Part shown: in pieces, positions 10,950-22,684 of the stretch
Layout of the letters: each line of letters begins with the position of its first letter
How positions within the stretch are numbered: the first letter of the stretch is position 1
Sequence record: NZ_CP025492.2
Source of the DNA: a plasmid
Direction: 5' to 3' (one strand)
Length of the DNA: 64,000 nt
Position numbers and translations under genes: made by a program
The notes under the pieces: generated by a model
What the model saw: the letters and a program-made list of their open reading frames with translations, nothing else
What the model was told of the DNA's origin: nothing
Databases searched by the model: none

Positions 10950-11900
10950 TTGAATATTTTTCTGGCCATAGGGCTCTTTATCATAGGACTTCTATTGGTG
11001 ATTTGTTTTGCTGAGAAACTGGTGAAAGGAGCCGTGGGAACTTCGGCCAGTTTTGGAGTTTCTACTTTTTTCATCAGCGTTGTTTTTATTGGTTTCGACC
11101 CAGAAAACTTAGCCATTGGAGCCGTCGGTGCGTTTAACGAAATGGCAGGCATTGCCTTAGGTTCAATCATCGGTGCCACCATGGTCGCGATTGCACTAGC
11201 CTTTGGCATCACCGCATTAATTGCACCGATGACATTTAAGCAAACACCAAAACGTATTCTTATTTTACCTAACCTAGCTATTCTTCTATGGGGGCTATTC
11301 GCATTAGATGGGGAACTTTCGAGAATCGATGGCTTGATTTTATTTGTAAGCTTTATCCTTTCAGTCTTTTACCTCTTATGGCTCCATAAAAAAGGGTATG
11401 ACATCAAGCCATCTCATGAACTTTCTGAAACCATAGACTCGGTCAAAAAAGAAGAACGGTGGAAATCTTTAGGATTACTTCTCTTCTCTCTAGTAGCCAT
11501 TCTTGTGGGGAGTGAGCTCATCGTTATGGCATCTAAAACCATGATTCGATATTTTGGACTTTCCGGCACCTTTTTCGGAATGATTATTCTTGCTTTTTTA
11601 GTCAGTATTGAGGAAATAGCCAGGGAATTGCCTGCAGCACTTAAAGGAAGAGCGGAAATTAGTTTTGGTAATGTGGTCGGTTCAATTTTTGCATTTTTTT
11701 TATTTAATGCAGGTATTATTGCCATGATAAAACCCGTGAAGGTCAATCAGCAAACATTAATTTTCTATCTGCCTTTTTGCTTGTTCACCATGGTCATAAT
11801 CTCTCTTTTTATGTTAACACAGCGGATATCACGATGGATGGGCGGCGTCTTGGTTTTTTTATATCTCATCTTCGCTGTAGGAGGATATTTTCTTTTTTAA
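10950..11900 (+). CDS. Na+/Ca2+ exchanger (CaCA, YrbG-like) membrane protein
   Basis: Two alpha-repeat regions (GNVVGS, GSELIV) and about 10 TMS. Confidence 0.75.
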   Translation: MNIFLAIGLFIIGLLLVICFAEKLVKGAVGTSASFGVSTFFISVVFIGFDPENLAIGAVGAFNEMAGIALGSIIGATMVAIALAFGITALIAPMTFKQTPKRILILPNLAILLWGLFALDGELSRIDGLILFVSFILSVFYLLWLHKKGYDIKPSHELSETIDSVKKEERWKSLGLLLFSLVAILVGSELIVMASKTMIRYFGLSGTFFGMIILAFLVSIEEIARELPAALKGRAEISFGNVVGSIFAFFLFNAGIIAMIKPVKVNQQTLIFYLPFCLFTMVIISLFMLTQRISRWMGGVLVFLYLIFAVGGYFLF

Positions 11901-11942
11901 ATTTCTACTTGATTATTAATCAATGTTATTTGTCATGGGTTA

Positions 11943-12788
11943 TCAGTCAAGAAATGAAGAGGTCATGTTGTCATCGACCCAAATGGTATTGCCATGATTT
12001 TTTTTAGCCTTGTAGCAGGCGTCGTCCGCTTTTTTTAGCACGCTATTGATGGATAACGAGTTCTTGGTTAATTGGGTGATGCCCACAGAACAACCAAGTG
12101 ATGAATGATTAGGGAGTTTTTCTTTGGTAATCCGAGAAGTCGTTTGAATGATTTTCTGTCCGATAGACTTGGCTTTAGTTAAGGGGATGTTTTCAACCAA
12201 TACCACAAATTCATCGCCACCATAGCGGGCAATGATGTCTTCTTCTCGAAGTTGTTGTTTTAATAATTGACCAAAGCGCTGTAAGATTTGGTCCCCGAAA
12301 TCATGGCCATATTCATCATTGATTTTCTTAAACCCATCTAAATCAACAAACATGACCGTTAACTGTCCAGTGTTTAATTTGATTTTTCTAAAGCGATTGT
12401 CCAAAATTTCCATTAAATAATGACGATTGAAGCATCCGGTGAGTTTATCGTGTTCTGCATTATAACGAATTTTTTCATATTCTAACTTCAAATTATCCAT
12501 GGTTTTGATTTTTTCAATCGTTTTTGAACTCAAATAACTCATCCAAAACACATAAAAACCCCCTAATAAAAAAAGGGTGGCGTAAAAATAATTCGTAAAA
12601 AACTCATTAATCAAAAGGGTGTAGACAATGACAAAAAGAAAACTGCCTATAAAAAAACAAATAAGCACAAGATTGGCTATCCATTGGTAATGATAATACG
12701 ATGCTTTTTTGATAAGCGGCCAAACCACGATGGCTCCTCCTAAAAGGAAAAAAATCCCTATAATAATCATAATGAGTGTAAAATACAT
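11943..12788 (-). CDS. Membrane-anchored GGDEF diguanylate cyclase
   Basis: About 4 N-terminal TM helices and an intact GGDEF active site (RYGGDEFVVL), with an RxxD I-site-like motif. Confidence 0.8.
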   Translation of the reverse strand: MYFTLIMIIIGIFFLLGGAIVVWPLIKKASYYHYQWIANLVLICFFIGSFLFVIVYTLLINEFFTNYFYATLFLLGGFYVFWMSYLSSKTIEKIKTMDNLKLEYEKIRYNAEHDKLTGCFNRHYLMEILDNRFRKIKLNTGQLTVMFVDLDGFKKINDEYGHDFGDQILQRFGQLLKQQLREEDIIARYGGDEFVVLVENIPLTKAKSIGQKIIQTTSRITKEKLPNHSSLGCSVGITQLTKNSLSINSVLKKADDACYKAKKNHGNTIWVDDNMTSSFLD

Positions 12789-12907
12789 TTGTCTTAAATC
12801 ATTAAGTGAATTAATTTTAATATAGCAAAAATAACTTAAATCAGTTTTATGCCAAACAACGTGCGGACTTTGGAATGCACCTCATACCGGTACATTAAAA
12901 GAGATTA

Positions 12908-14005
12908 TTGAAAATAAGGATGAACATGGCCGTCGGAAGGAAACAAAAATGGTTATGGGGAATTGTTATTGGCGGTTTATGCCTTATGCTAATACCCATT
13001 TTTTGGTATTATTATCACCCCAATCCAATGGGAGAAGGTTTTGCCAGTGGTAATGGGCGTATTGAAGCCGTAGAGATTGATATTGCAACCAAAATTCCTG
13101 GACGAATAGAAACCATCCTGGTGGATGAAGGTGACTTTGTAAAATCAGGTCAAGTTCTGGCTAAAATGGATACGGAAGTATTAGAAGCACAGCTTAGAGA
13201 AGCCAAAGCACAGAATAAAGAAGCCAAGAGCAAAGTCATTAGTGCCAAAAATCAGGTCATTCAACGAAAAAGTGAAAAAGAAGCCGCATTAGCTACCGTT
13301 GCTCAACGCGAAGCAGAGCTCGATTTGGCGCAAAAACGCCTTTCCCGTACTGAAAAATTGGTCACTAAAGGGGCTGCGTCACTGGATAGTCTTGATGAGG
13401 CCCGTGCTCATTTCTATAGCGCACAAGCCACTCTCCATGCTGCCAAAGCGCATGTTGCTTCCGCTGATGCATCGATTGCAACTGCTGAGGCAGAAGTTGT
13501 CGCCGTAGAGTCCTCTGTCGATGCGACCCAAGCGACCATCGAGCGTATATCAGCAGATATCAACGACAGCACTTTAATCGCTCCCTGTGATGGACGTATC
13601 CAGTTTCGGGTTGCGCAACCAGGAGAAGTGCTCAGCGCAGGAGGCAGAGTATTGAACATGGTTGACTTAAGTGATGTGTATATGGTTTTTTTTCTTCCAA
13701 CAGAGCAAGCAGGTAAAGTACAAATCGGCGCACCAGTTCATTTAATTCTTGATGCGGCACCCAACTATGTGATACCGGCTAAGGTGACTTTTGTCGCCAG
13801 TGTGGCGCAATTCACACCTAAAGCCGTAGAAACGGCCAGTGAACGAGAAAAACTGATGTTCCGTGTTAAAGCCCGTATTGCACCTGAATTGCTGAAAAAA
13901 TATATCGCCTTAGTCAAGACAGGGCTGCCAGGGATGGCTTATGTTCAATTAGATCCCAAAAGCAAATGGCCCGCGGCGTTGGAAGTTAAAATAAATGTCA
14001 AATAA
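12908..14005 (+). CDS. HlyD-family secretion (membrane fusion) protein, YhiI-like
   Basis: TM anchor, long coiled-coil and HlyD beta-barrel. It is directly upstream of the rbbA-like gene and overlaps it by 11 nt. Confidence 0.75.
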   Translation: MKIRMNMAVGRKQKWLWGIVIGGLCLMLIPIFWYYYHPNPMGEGFASGNGRIEAVEIDIATKIPGRIETILVDEGDFVKSGQVLAKMDTEVLEAQLREAKAQNKEAKSKVISAKNQVIQRKSEKEAALATVAQREAELDLAQKRLSRTEKLVTKGAASLDSLDEARAHFYSAQATLHAAKAHVASADASIATAEAEVVAVESSVDATQATIERISADINDSTLIAPCDGRIQFRVAQPGEVLSAGGRVLNMVDLSDVYMVFFLPTEQAGKVQIGAPVHLILDAAPNYVIPAKVTFVASVAQFTPKAVETASEREKLMFRVKARIAPELLKKYIALVKTGLPGMAYVQLDPKSKWPAALEVKINVK

Positions 14006-16766
14006 CAAGGCCTCCAATAATGGGGTTGAAAAACCGGTTTGTGAAATCAATAACCTGAGTTTGTGGTATGGTAAAACTTGTGCCCTGGATAACATTACTC
14101 TTAAACTGCCTTCTGGTTGTATTGTTGGCTTCATTGGGCCAGATGGTGTTGGAAAATCCAGTCTGTTTTCACTCATTGCTGGAGCCCGCGTCATTCAACG
14201 CGGACAAATTTTTGTTCTTGGTGGCAATATGGCGAGTAGCTCTCATCGTGAAGCCCTCTGCACGCGCATTGCTTATATGCCTCAAGGCTTGGGGAAAAAT
14301 CTGTATCCTACCCTTTCAGTATTTGAAAACATCGATTTCTTTGGGAGTCTTTTTGGCCATAGCCGTGAAGTGCGACAATACTACATTACCCGTTTGTTGG
14401 ATAGAACAGGGTTATTCCCTTTTCGAGACAGGCCAGCAGGTAAGCTGTCTGGAGGGATGAAGCAGAAACTTGGATTATGTTGTGCTCTGATTCACACTCC
14501 CGATCTGTTAATTCTGGATGAGCCTACGACAGGAGTGGATCCCCTTTCAAGGCGTCAATTCTGGGAGCTCATTGAGACGTTGCGTGCTGAAATGCCGAAA
14601 ATGAGTGTTCTGGTGGCCACTGCATACATGGAGGAAGCGGCGTGTTTTGATTGGCTGGTTGCAATGAATGCTGGAAAAGTCTTGGCTTCAGGGACTATGA
14701 GTGACCTGTTGAGGCAAAGTCGTACTCATTCTCTGGAAGAAGCGTTTGTTGCCCTCTTACCCGAGCAGCAGCGACAAATGCACCCCATGGTAATAGAACC
14801 CCGCTCATCCACTCAAAAATCGGAAGTAGCTATTGAAGCAACCGGTTTGACCAAACGCTTTGGTGATTTTGTCGCAGTAGACCACGTCAATTTTTGTATA
14901 GAGCGTGGCGAAATTTTTGGGTTTCTTGGCTCGAATGGTTGTGGCAAAACAACGGTTATGAAAATATTAACCGGTCTGCTTCCTGCCAGCGAGGGTCAAG
15001 CTTCGCTATTTGGACAATCTGTTGATTCAAACGATCTGATGATACGTCAACGCATTGGCTATATGTCCCAATCTTTTTCGCTGTACACGGAATTAACGGT
15101 TCATCAAAATCTCATGTTGCATGCCAAATTGTTTCGTTTGCCCGCCCATAGCATTCCCAAACGCATCAAACAATTGCTCGAAAAATTCTCTTTGTCTGAC
15201 TATGAAAATGAACGGCCTGACTCATTACCACTAGGTCTTCGTCAAAGGCTTTCTCTTGCTGTAGCCATTATCCATCAACCCGATATACTCATTCTTGATG
15301 AACCGACTTCTGGTGTTGATCCGGTTGCTCGCGATATATTTTGGCAATTAATGCTTGATTTATCCCGACAGGATAAAGTAACCATTTTTATTTCTACCCA
15401 TTTCATGAATGAGGCAGAACGTTGCGATCGCATTTCGCTGATGCATGCCGGTAAAGTATTGGTTAGTGAAAATCCAGTCAAACTCATCCAACAAAGACAA
15501 GCCTCTTCGCTAGAAGAAGCCTTTATCAGCTATCTAGAAGAGGCCATGAAGAAGAAGGAGGTGAATCCTTCAGGGCAACATCCTGCAAAACCAATCATGA
15601 GCTCTTTATCTGAACACCCCAAAATCATTCCTGCAAAAAAATATTTCAACATCAGACGCATGTTCAGCTACAGCCGTCGTGAAGCGCTCGAACTGATACG
15701 CGATCCAATTCGTGCAACTCTTGCGCTTTTGGGAAGCATTCTACTGATGATCATTATGAGTTATGGAGTTACTCTGGATATCGAACAGTTAACCTTTGCA
15801 GTTCTTGATCGGGATCAAACGAATGCCAGCCACGCTTATGTTCTTAATATAGCCAGCTCGCACTATTTTAAAGAACTCCCTCCCATCTTGGATTATAAAG
15901 AAATGGATCAACGTATGCGAAGCGGAAAATTAAGCTTGGCATTGGAAATCCCAAGTGGGTTTGCCCGTGACATCAATAAAGAGACTCCCGTACAAGTTGG
16001 GGCATGGATTGATGGAGCAATGCCTACCCGTGCAGAAACCATTCAGAGTTATGTGTATGGAATGCATCAGCATTGGTTAGTGAATAGTTGGCCTTATTTG
16101 ACTCATCAAAAATCGGAGGAGTTCTTCAATATTGAGCCTCGTTTTCGTTATAACCCGGATGTGAAAAGTTTACCTGCCATGGTTCCAGCCGTCATTCCTA
16201 TCCTATTGATGTTAATCCCGGCGATGTTGATGGCACTTTCTGTGGTGCGAGAAAAAGAGCTGGGATCCATCGTTAATTTATACGTGACGCCCATTACTAA
16301 ACTTGAGTTTCTTTTGGGAAAATTGATACCTTATGTGATTTTGGCCGTATTTAATTTTCTATTGCTAATCGCCTTGTCCATTTATTTATTTGATGTACCG
16401 ATCAAAGGAAGTTTTTCCATCCTTTTCTTTAGTGCTTTAATCTACGTTACTCTTTCCACTTCGATGGGATTTCTAATCTCCACTTTTATGAAAAGCCAAG
16501 TGGCGGCATTGTTTGGAACTGCAATACTGACGCTTCTTCCAGCCACCCAGTTTTCTGGCATGATAGAGCCGGTATCCTCTTTGGAAGGATTGGGAGCAAT
16601 GATAGGCCAAATCTATCCGGTAACGCATTTTCTTACGATTTCGCGAGGTACTTTTTCCAAGGCACTGAGTTTTCAAGATTTGCTCCATCCTTTTTTATAT
16701 TTACTCATCACCTTGCCGGTATTGCTTGGGTGTTGTCTTTTATTTTTAAAAAAACAGGAGCGCTAA
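13995..16766 (+). CDS. rbbA: RbbA-like ABC transporter: two nucleotide-binding domains fused to an ABC-2 permease domain
   Basis: Two Walker A motifs ([16 protein letters not shown]), two signature/Walker B sets (LSGGMKQK / LILDEPT, twice) and a C-terminal 6-TM ABC-2 domain. The gene order yhiI-rbbA-yhhJ matches E. coli. Confidence 0.8.
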   Translation: MSNNKASNNGVEKPVCEINNLSLWYGKTCALDNITLKLPSGCIVGFIGPDGVGKSSLFSLIAGARVIQRGQIFVLGGNMASSSHREALCTRIAYMPQGLGKNLYPTLSVFENIDFFGSLFGHSREVRQYYITRLLDRTGLFPFRDRPAGKLSGGMKQKLGLCCALIHTPDLLILDEPTTGVDPLSRRQFWELIETLRAEMPKMSVLVATAYMEEAACFDWLVAMNAGKVLASGTMSDLLRQSRTHSLEEAFVALLPEQQRQMHPMVIEPRSSTQKSEVAIEATGLTKRFGDFVAVDHVNFCIERGEIFGFLGSNGCGKTTVMKILTGLLPASEGQASLFGQSVDSNDLMIRQRIGYMSQSFSLYTELTVHQNLMLHAKLFRLPAHSIPKRIKQLLEKFSLSDYENERPDSLPLGLRQRLSLAVAIIHQPDILILDEPTSGVDPVARDIFWQLMLDLSRQDKVTIFISTHFMNEAERCDRISLMHAGKVLVSENPVKLIQQRQASSLEEAFISYLEEAMKKKEVNPSGQHPAKPIMSSLSEHPKIIPAKKYFNIRRMFSYSRREALELIRDPIRATLALLGSILLMIIMSYGVTLDIEQLTFAVLDRDQTNASHAYVLNIASSHYFKELPPILDYKEMDQRMRSGKLSLALEIPSGFARDINKETPVQVGAWIDGAMPTRAETIQSYVYGMHQHWLVNSWPYLTHQKSEEFFNIEPRFRYNPDVKSLPAMVPAVIPILLMLIPAMLMALSVVREKELGSIVNLYVTPITKLEFLLGKLIPYVILAVFNFLLLIALSIYLFDVPIKGSFSILFFSALIYVTLSTSMGFLISTFMKSQVAALFGTAILTLLPATQFSGMIEPVSSLEGLGAMIGQIYPVTHFLTISRGTFSKALSFQDLLHPFLYLLITLPVLLGCCLLFLKKQER

Positions 16767-17891
16767 GTGACAATAAGTAATATTGTGCAACTTGGGTTTA
16801 AGGAATATCGAAGTTTGCTTCGTGACCCAATTATGATAGCACTGATCGTCTTTGCATTTACTGTACAAATCTATACAACAGCCACAGCCATGCCCGAAAT
16901 GCTGCACAAAGCACCGATTGTCATTGTTGATCTCGATCAATCCGCTGTTTCACAACGTATCAGGGATGCTTTTTATCCCCCACAATTTATAAAATACGTG
17001 ACCACCTCACAAGCAAAGATGGATTCGGGCATGGATGAAGGCTTATATACCTTTGGTTTAAATATCCCGCCTGATTTTCAACGGAATCTTTTGTCCGGGC
17101 GAAAGCCAACCCTTCAACTGAATATTGATGCTACACGCATGAGTCAGGCGTTCACAGGAACAGCCTACATTCAAACTATTATTGAGAGGGAGATCAATGA
17201 ATTTGTCGAACATTATCGTTCTGTGGAAACTCCGCCTGTTGATCTTGCAGTCCGCGTTCGATTTAACCCGACATTAACTAAGATCTGGTTTGGTGCCTTA
17301 ATGGAGTTGATTAATAATGTAACGATGTTATCCATTGTGCTAACGGGTGCCGCATTACTTCGGGAGCGCGAACATGGAACAATTGAACATTTATTAGTGA
17401 TGCCAGTCACGCCATTTGAAATCATGGCCAGCAAAATTTGGGCAATGGCTTCCATTGTACTCATCGTTTGTGCTGTTTCGCTTATTACAGTGGTACAAGG
17501 GTTACTCTCTGCCCCCATTGAGGGTTCAATTCTTCTGTTTTTGCTTGGTGCGGCAATCAATTTGTTCGCTACAACGTCAATAGGTATTTTTATGGGAACC
17601 ATCACCCGCTCCATGCCTCAATTTGGTATCTTATTGATTCTGGTACTTCTCCCGCTAGAAATGCTTTCAGGTGGATTGACCCCTCGTGAGAGCATGCCTG
17701 AATTTGTCCAGACCATGATGCTGGTTGCGCCTAACACTCACTTTGTGATGCTTGCTCAATCGATTTTATTTAGAGGGGCAGGGTTTGGTATCGTGTGGCC
17801 GCAATTTCTGACGCTTGCAATAATAGGCTCTATTTTTTTCATGACCACATTAATGTATTTTCGCAAAAGGATTGTCCTTCTTTCTACATGA
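16767..17891 (+). CDS. ABC-2 family permease (YhhJ-like)
   Basis: 374 aa with an N-terminal periplasmic domain plus a 6-TM ABC-2 permease, abutting the rbbA stop. Confidence 0.75.
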   Translation: MTISNIVQLGFKEYRSLLRDPIMIALIVFAFTVQIYTTATAMPEMLHKAPIVIVDLDQSAVSQRIRDAFYPPQFIKYVTTSQAKMDSGMDEGLYTFGLNIPPDFQRNLLSGRKPTLQLNIDATRMSQAFTGTAYIQTIIEREINEFVEHYRSVETPPVDLAVRVRFNPTLTKIWFGALMELINNVTMLSIVLTGAALLREREHGTIEHLLVMPVTPFEIMASKIWAMASIVLIVCAVSLITVVQGLLSAPIEGSILLFLLGAAINLFATTSIGIFMGTITRSMPQFGILLILVLLPLEMLSGGLTPRESMPEFVQTMMLVAPNTHFVMLAQSILFRGAGFGIVWPQFLTLAIIGSIFFMTTLMYFRKRIVLLST

Positions 17892-18156
17892 AATAACATT
17901 GCATTTTTTCCAATAAAAATTTGGGTTAATGCCATGTCCTAAGGACAATCCGCGCTTGCGCGCCATGGTTATTGGTCCATGATTGCCTTCTTTGAAATAA
18001 CAATCAATGAAATTTGATAATTCGATTTTTTACATCTCCTGACATACAGCTGTATCAATACTACCTGTTCCGATGGTAACTAAAGCAACTTACTCGTCCA
18101 TTTCTTCCTACTTGATTATTTCAAATGATAAAAAATAGATTTATTCACCACAAGGC

Positions 18157-18600
18157 TTGAATATTTTCATGTCTATTGGCCAATTAGAAACCCTGAGACA
18201 AACACCTGCTAACCAAATCAAATATAATGTTACAGGCGAAACTCGACTTGAAGCTAACCAAAGATTCCCTCAAGAATTACAAAGAAACGGGTATAATGTT
18301 GAGTTAATATCACTACCAAGTGGGCATAATGAATTATCAACAATTCATGTTATAACTAACCAGGCACTTCCATTTGTTTGCGCTGATAAACCATACAATA
18401 AAGATGAGCAAAGTCAGTTGTCATCGGTTACACTGCAACCATCAGAGGAAGAATTATTAGCAGCACGTGAAAGAATGCAAAATTTTAAAACAACAATGCG
18501 ACATAACGCTCTTGATCTTACTGCAAATCAGGAGGAAATGAAAAAAGATGATAGTTCTACCCCATTGACAATCACACCAAAGCCACCATGGGAGCAGTAA
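18157..18600 (+). CDS. Hypothetical protein with no recognisable domain. It is the first ORF of the AT-rich accessory segment.
   Basis: 147-aa ORF just after the compositional shift. Confidence 0.3.
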   Translation: MNIFMSIGQLETLRQTPANQIKYNVTGETRLEANQRFPQELQRNGYNVELISLPSGHNELSTIHVITNQALPFVCADKPYNKDEQSQLSSVTLQPSEEELLAARERMQNFKTTMRHNALDLTANQEEMKKDDSSTPLTITPKPPWEQ

Positions 18601-19221
18601 TAGTTTACTCTAATTTTTATCTTAAAAACCATTTCTATGGCAAAAGGCTACAACCCATACACGGCAAGGGTTATGGGTCTCTATAAAAATGAAGTGACCC
18701 ATTTTGCACACGTATCCTGACTTACCCCATACTGCATTCTCAATCAATCTGCGAGCTCTTGACTGGTTTGTTAAACCGCCGATTCCTTGACGAATATCTG
18801 ATTAAACAAATAGGACAAGCAAAACGTATCAAAACATCTCAACGAGCACCCCAACTAGGCTATAATTTATAATAAGATTTTGCTTAAAAGAAGGTCTTTC
18901 AAGATGAAATTGTGAAATGGATTTATTGAGCAATATCTTGAATGGAGAATGAGATATGAATCAACAATATACCGCACGAATTTATTCCAATGAGAAAATA
19001 ATACAATATAAGTCTGGCGATGATATTGAGAAATTATATATTTGGATGTTAGCCGAAGTTAGTGATACACCCGGCGACATTAGAGGCGAAATAATTGACA
19101 ATGCGACGACAAAGGTAGTTCGACATTTTAAAAAAGCACCCGTAGAATAATGAACAAATGCCTATAGTCGCCTCAAAATACGCCACATTTGATCTTTCCT
19201 CGAAAAAACAGGACACCAACA

Positions 19222-19859
19222 TTATGCAACCAACCCAAAGTCATTCGGGGTCTGAAACCCTAAAGTTGAATGGATGCGCTGACGATTGTAAAACACTTCA
19301 ATGTAATCGAATAGAGCTAATCGAGCATCCTTTCTAGTTTTATATTGTTCCCCATAAATCATTTCGACTTTCAAAGTATGATAGAAACTTTCCATAACTG
19401 CATTGTCATAACAGTTACCCGAGCCACTCATGGAGCAAATAAAATCATGTTCTTTGAGAAGCGATTGATAAGCATTACTGCAATATTGAGATCCTATATC
19501 AGAATGATGAATAACGCCATTAGGTGGGTTATTGCGGTGAATCGCCATGATAAGAGCATCTTCAATAAGGCTTGTAACCAACCGAGTTCCCATGCTCCAA
19601 CCGACAATCTGTCGATTGAATAAATCTATGCTAGATAAAGCCAGCCCTCATCAGTTTGAATGTAGGTTATATCAGACGCCCAAACGGTGTTAATAGCAAC
19701 AGGATTAAATGGTCTTCCCAAGATATTTTCGGCCACATGCTTTGAGTGGCGACTATCTGTTGTCACTTTAAAACGCCTTGCCGCTTTAGGTTTGAGTTCT
19801 TCCTGCTGCATTAAGCGTTTGATCCTCGCTTTCCCATGATATTTACCCAACTTACGCAA
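19222..19859 (-). pseudogene. IS3-family transposase OrfB (DDE integrase core), disrupted by frameshift or stop
   Basis: The DDE residues are split across two ORFs (19626-19859 and 19222-19593) that lie in different frames. It is not joined to orfA by a canonical -1 slippery overlap. Confidence 0.6.
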
Positions 19860-19938
19860 TGCCTGTTGTAATCGCTACTGGATACGCCTAATGCCTAACA
19901 AAGCTTTTGTACACGATGAAAAGCCGATTGTTCTTTTA

Positions 19939-20241
19939 TTACCGCATATTTCGCTGGCCTTCCTTGGCGAAAAACGCTGCCGCCTTTTTTAAGATTTCTC
20001 GCTCTTCTTCCAGCTCCGCTACACGCGCTTTCAATCGCTTTAATTCTAAGTCTTTTTCATTTAATTGAGATTGATTTGGGAATACTTTCTCTTGTTTGAG
20101 AAGGTATTGTTTGCGCCAGTTATATAGGTTATTTTCTGCTACAACAAGCTCTCTGGCTACTTGTCTTAAGGGCTTATTACTTGATTCCAGTAGTTCAATA
20201 GCTTTAATTTTGAACTCTTTTGTATAAACTTGTCTTACCAT
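19939..20241 (-). CDS. IS3-family transposase OrfA (HTH)
   Basis: The 100-aa sequence (QVARELVVAENNLYNWRKQY plus leucine zipper) is typical of IS3 OrfA. Confidence 0.7.
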   Translation of the reverse strand: MVRQVYTKEFKIKAIELLESSNKPLRQVARELVVAENNLYNWRKQYLLKQEKVFPNQSQLNEKDLELKRLKARVAELEEEREILKKAAAFFAKEGQRNMR

Positions 20242-20866
20242 GATTACTCCTTGTTGATGAGATTATATCTCTTAAACAAGGTGTCCGGCTATTCGAGAGA
20301 AGATCACTTTCACTCTTAGTGATCATAACATTCACTCAGAAGTACAAGCATATTAAAAATAAATCAGGGGCTTCTAAAATATCAATATGATGTGGGAAGT
20401 TATTTAGAAGTCCTTAAAAATAAGTTCATAAAATAATTTAAATTTTTTAATATTATTTGTATATCGTATTAGATATCACATGGAAAATAAAAAGAACTTA
20501 TTGGCCTTCGCATAATTAATTCTGCAACAGTTAATAAATAAAAATCTCTCAAATACATCAATAAATATAAGAAAAGTAAGGTAATTGAGTTTCTTGTTCT
20601 TTTCTGATGATGTTTTCTTTGAGATTTGTTGATTTCTAGATCAATAAGGAAGAAAGGATAATTTCTCTTTATAAGGAAATTCTTATGAGCAATACAAATC
20701 ATGCAATCATTGAACGCATTGGCAATGAAAAAAAATAAATGTCAATTTTCTAAATAAAAACCAAGACGTCGATGAAAAAAGCAAATATATGTATACTGCA
20801 CTGGAAGAAGAGGAGTATGATGTAATCCGCTCAAGGTGTTGCCCTGTTAGCTACAGGGCCAATAGA

Positions 20867-21358
20867 CTACGCTTTTTCTACTTTGATATCACGAGTACTT
20901 TTTTTAGCCTCTTCTTTTTTCGGCAACTCAATGCAAAGTGTTCCTTTTTTAAAAGTTGCCTTAGCCTTATCAACATCTATTGTTGAAGGCAATGAAATAG
21001 AACGCTCATACTTCCCATAGCTAATTTCTCGAGAAAGATATTTTTTGTCTTCATTCTTTTTAGAAGTCGACTTTTCACCAGAAATGGTCAATATATTATC
21101 CGCTAAAGAAACCTTGATATCTTTTTCATCCATACCGGGCATCTCAAGCTCAATACTGTAATGATCTTTATCTTCCACAACATCCATTGATGGGGCAAGA
21201 TTTAGATTATCAAATTCCCAATTGAATCGAGAGGGCGAAAAAAAATCATTAAAATCATGAAATACACGATCTATTTCATTTTGAAGTCTTAAGAACGGAT
21301 TATGTGTATGCTCAATGGCAATCGGGGTTTCTTTTTTCCATTTTATTAATTTACTCAT
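20867..21358 (-). CDS. Small heat-shock protein, Hsp20/alpha-crystallin family (cytoplasmic)
   Basis: Complete alpha-crystallin domain (ELEMPGMDEKDIKVSL...GTLCIELPKK). Confidence 0.85.
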   Translation of the reverse strand: MSKLIKWKKETPIAIEHTHNPFLRLQNEIDRVFHDFNDFFSPSRFNWEFDNLNLAPSMDVVEDKDHYSIELEMPGMDEKDIKVSLADNILTISGEKSTSKKNEDKKYLSREISYGKYERSISLPSTIDVDKAKATFKKGTLCIELPKKEEAKKSTRDIKVEKA

Positions 21359-21505
21359 CGTTTCACTCCTTAAATTGATACGTTTGTCATTTCTGACTGA
21401 TTATAAAGTTGGACTCACAACCTCATTTTGTCAAGTCAATTACATTACAAAACAATCATCTGCAAAATCGATATGTGGCGTTACAACGCTTAAAATCTCA
21501 ATCCC

Positions 21506-22093
21506 TTAGAGTATTGAAGATGTCGAAAGTGATTTTTTAAATGTCACAATTAAATTTGAATCTTTCACTTTTGAGCTCATAGAATTGGGATCATAGCCCT
21601 GTGGTAATTGGAATGTTTGACTGTAATTACTCTGAGAATAGCTTACACTTTTACTATTATCCTGTTCACGAGTGATTTTTTGCGTTATATTTGAACTAAC
21701 CACTAATTGTCCCTCTTTAACAGAAACATCAACTTTACTATCCCCACCTTTAGGTAATTTTATTTTATAAACAAGCTCATTTTTACTTTCTTTAATTTCA
21801 ACATTATTTGTATTACCAAAGAGCATTTGATTGGGTTGTTTTAGAAGGTTAGTGTGCATTTGTGAGAATTGACTCTTCATAAACTGGTCCATAGCCTGTT
21901 GCATTTTTTCCATTTGCTTCAAAACATCATAAGGTGATTGAAAAAAGGGATCGTTATCAAATGGATCCAAGGCTAATAAATCTTTACTCTTTTGTACTTG
22001 ATTATTTTGTTTCGCTTCAAGTGCTATGGCTCCTGCTGACATCATAGTGATAAGAGGAACAGAGATTAAAATAGGAAGTAGTTTCTTTTTCAT
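21506..22093 (-). CDS. Secreted/periplasmic Hsp20-like (alpha-crystallin-domain) protein with a Sec signal peptide
   Basis: N-terminal signal peptide (MKKKLLPILISVPLITMMSAGAIA|LE), a Q-rich helical middle and a C-terminal alpha-crystallin-like domain (VEIKESKNELVYKIKLPKG...TFQLPQGYD...NLIVTFKK). Confidence 0.5.
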   Translation of the reverse strand: MKKKLLPILISVPLITMMSAGAIALEAKQNNQVQKSKDLLALDPFDNDPFFQSPYDVLKQMEKMQQAMDQFMKSQFSQMHTNLLKQPNQMLFGNTNNVEIKESKNELVYKIKLPKGGDSKVDVSVKEGQLVVSSNITQKITREQDNSKSVSYSQSNYSQTFQLPQGYDPNSMSSKVKDSNLIVTFKKSLSTSSIL

Positions 22094-22684
22094 CTAAATC
22101 TCCTTTCAAGATTGGCTTATCAAAAACTCTAGTCACCGTTTTACACAAAGTTTCATAGCTCTAATTTTATTACTTAATAGCCAATATCGGGGCAAATTAC
22201 GCAGTTTTCAAGGCGCTTCGCTCAGAGCCAAATGCGTTGGCAGGGGTAAAGAAGCATTGGAGTTCTAATCATCATAAGACCGTAAATTATTATTCATCTC
22301 TCAGCGCAATAAAATCCTTCTTTAGAATTCATTACAAAATGACATTATAAAACTGTTCATACAAAGGATGCTTTTTAATTGCTTCATTGAACTCATCAGG
22401 ATCAATAAACCCACATAATCCGATGTTTACGAGCCGTCTTATTTTTTCATGACAACATTAGCTTGTGACTTGCAAACGCCCTATAGAATCATAACCAGTC
22501 CAGGTATAAGATGCAAAGTCATCACCAAAGTCTATTTTACATATGGAGCAGCGCCCTTGATTTTTTGCATGGAGTTTATCGATTTGCTTTTGTGGTTTCT
22601 TTTGAGTCTTCATTATAGAGCGATTAAGGATAGATAGATGAATGATTATATCAGGATAATTTATTAAGAGGTTGGCCTTTGTAA

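Larger units (their letters stand above)
19200..20295 (-). mobile_element. IS3-family insertion sequence (orfA plus frameshifted orfB). The ends are approximate.
   Basis: orfA HTH and orfB DDE integrase fragments are present. Short inverted repeat GGACACC / GGTGTCC sits at 19211-19217 and 20280-20286. Confidence 0.55.

Noticed and set aside
17892-18156. tRNA gene or att site at the backbone/ICE junction
   Set aside because: No cloverleaf-compatible sequence (acceptor stem plus T-loop GTTCRA) was seen by eye. Only short palindromes (tgtccTAAggaca, gcgcttgcgc) are present, which could be a weak terminator.
22449-22637. 62-aa ORF upstream of the IS91 remnant
   Set aside because: It has no RBS or domain and lies in the probable IS91 terminal region, so it is likely non-coding.
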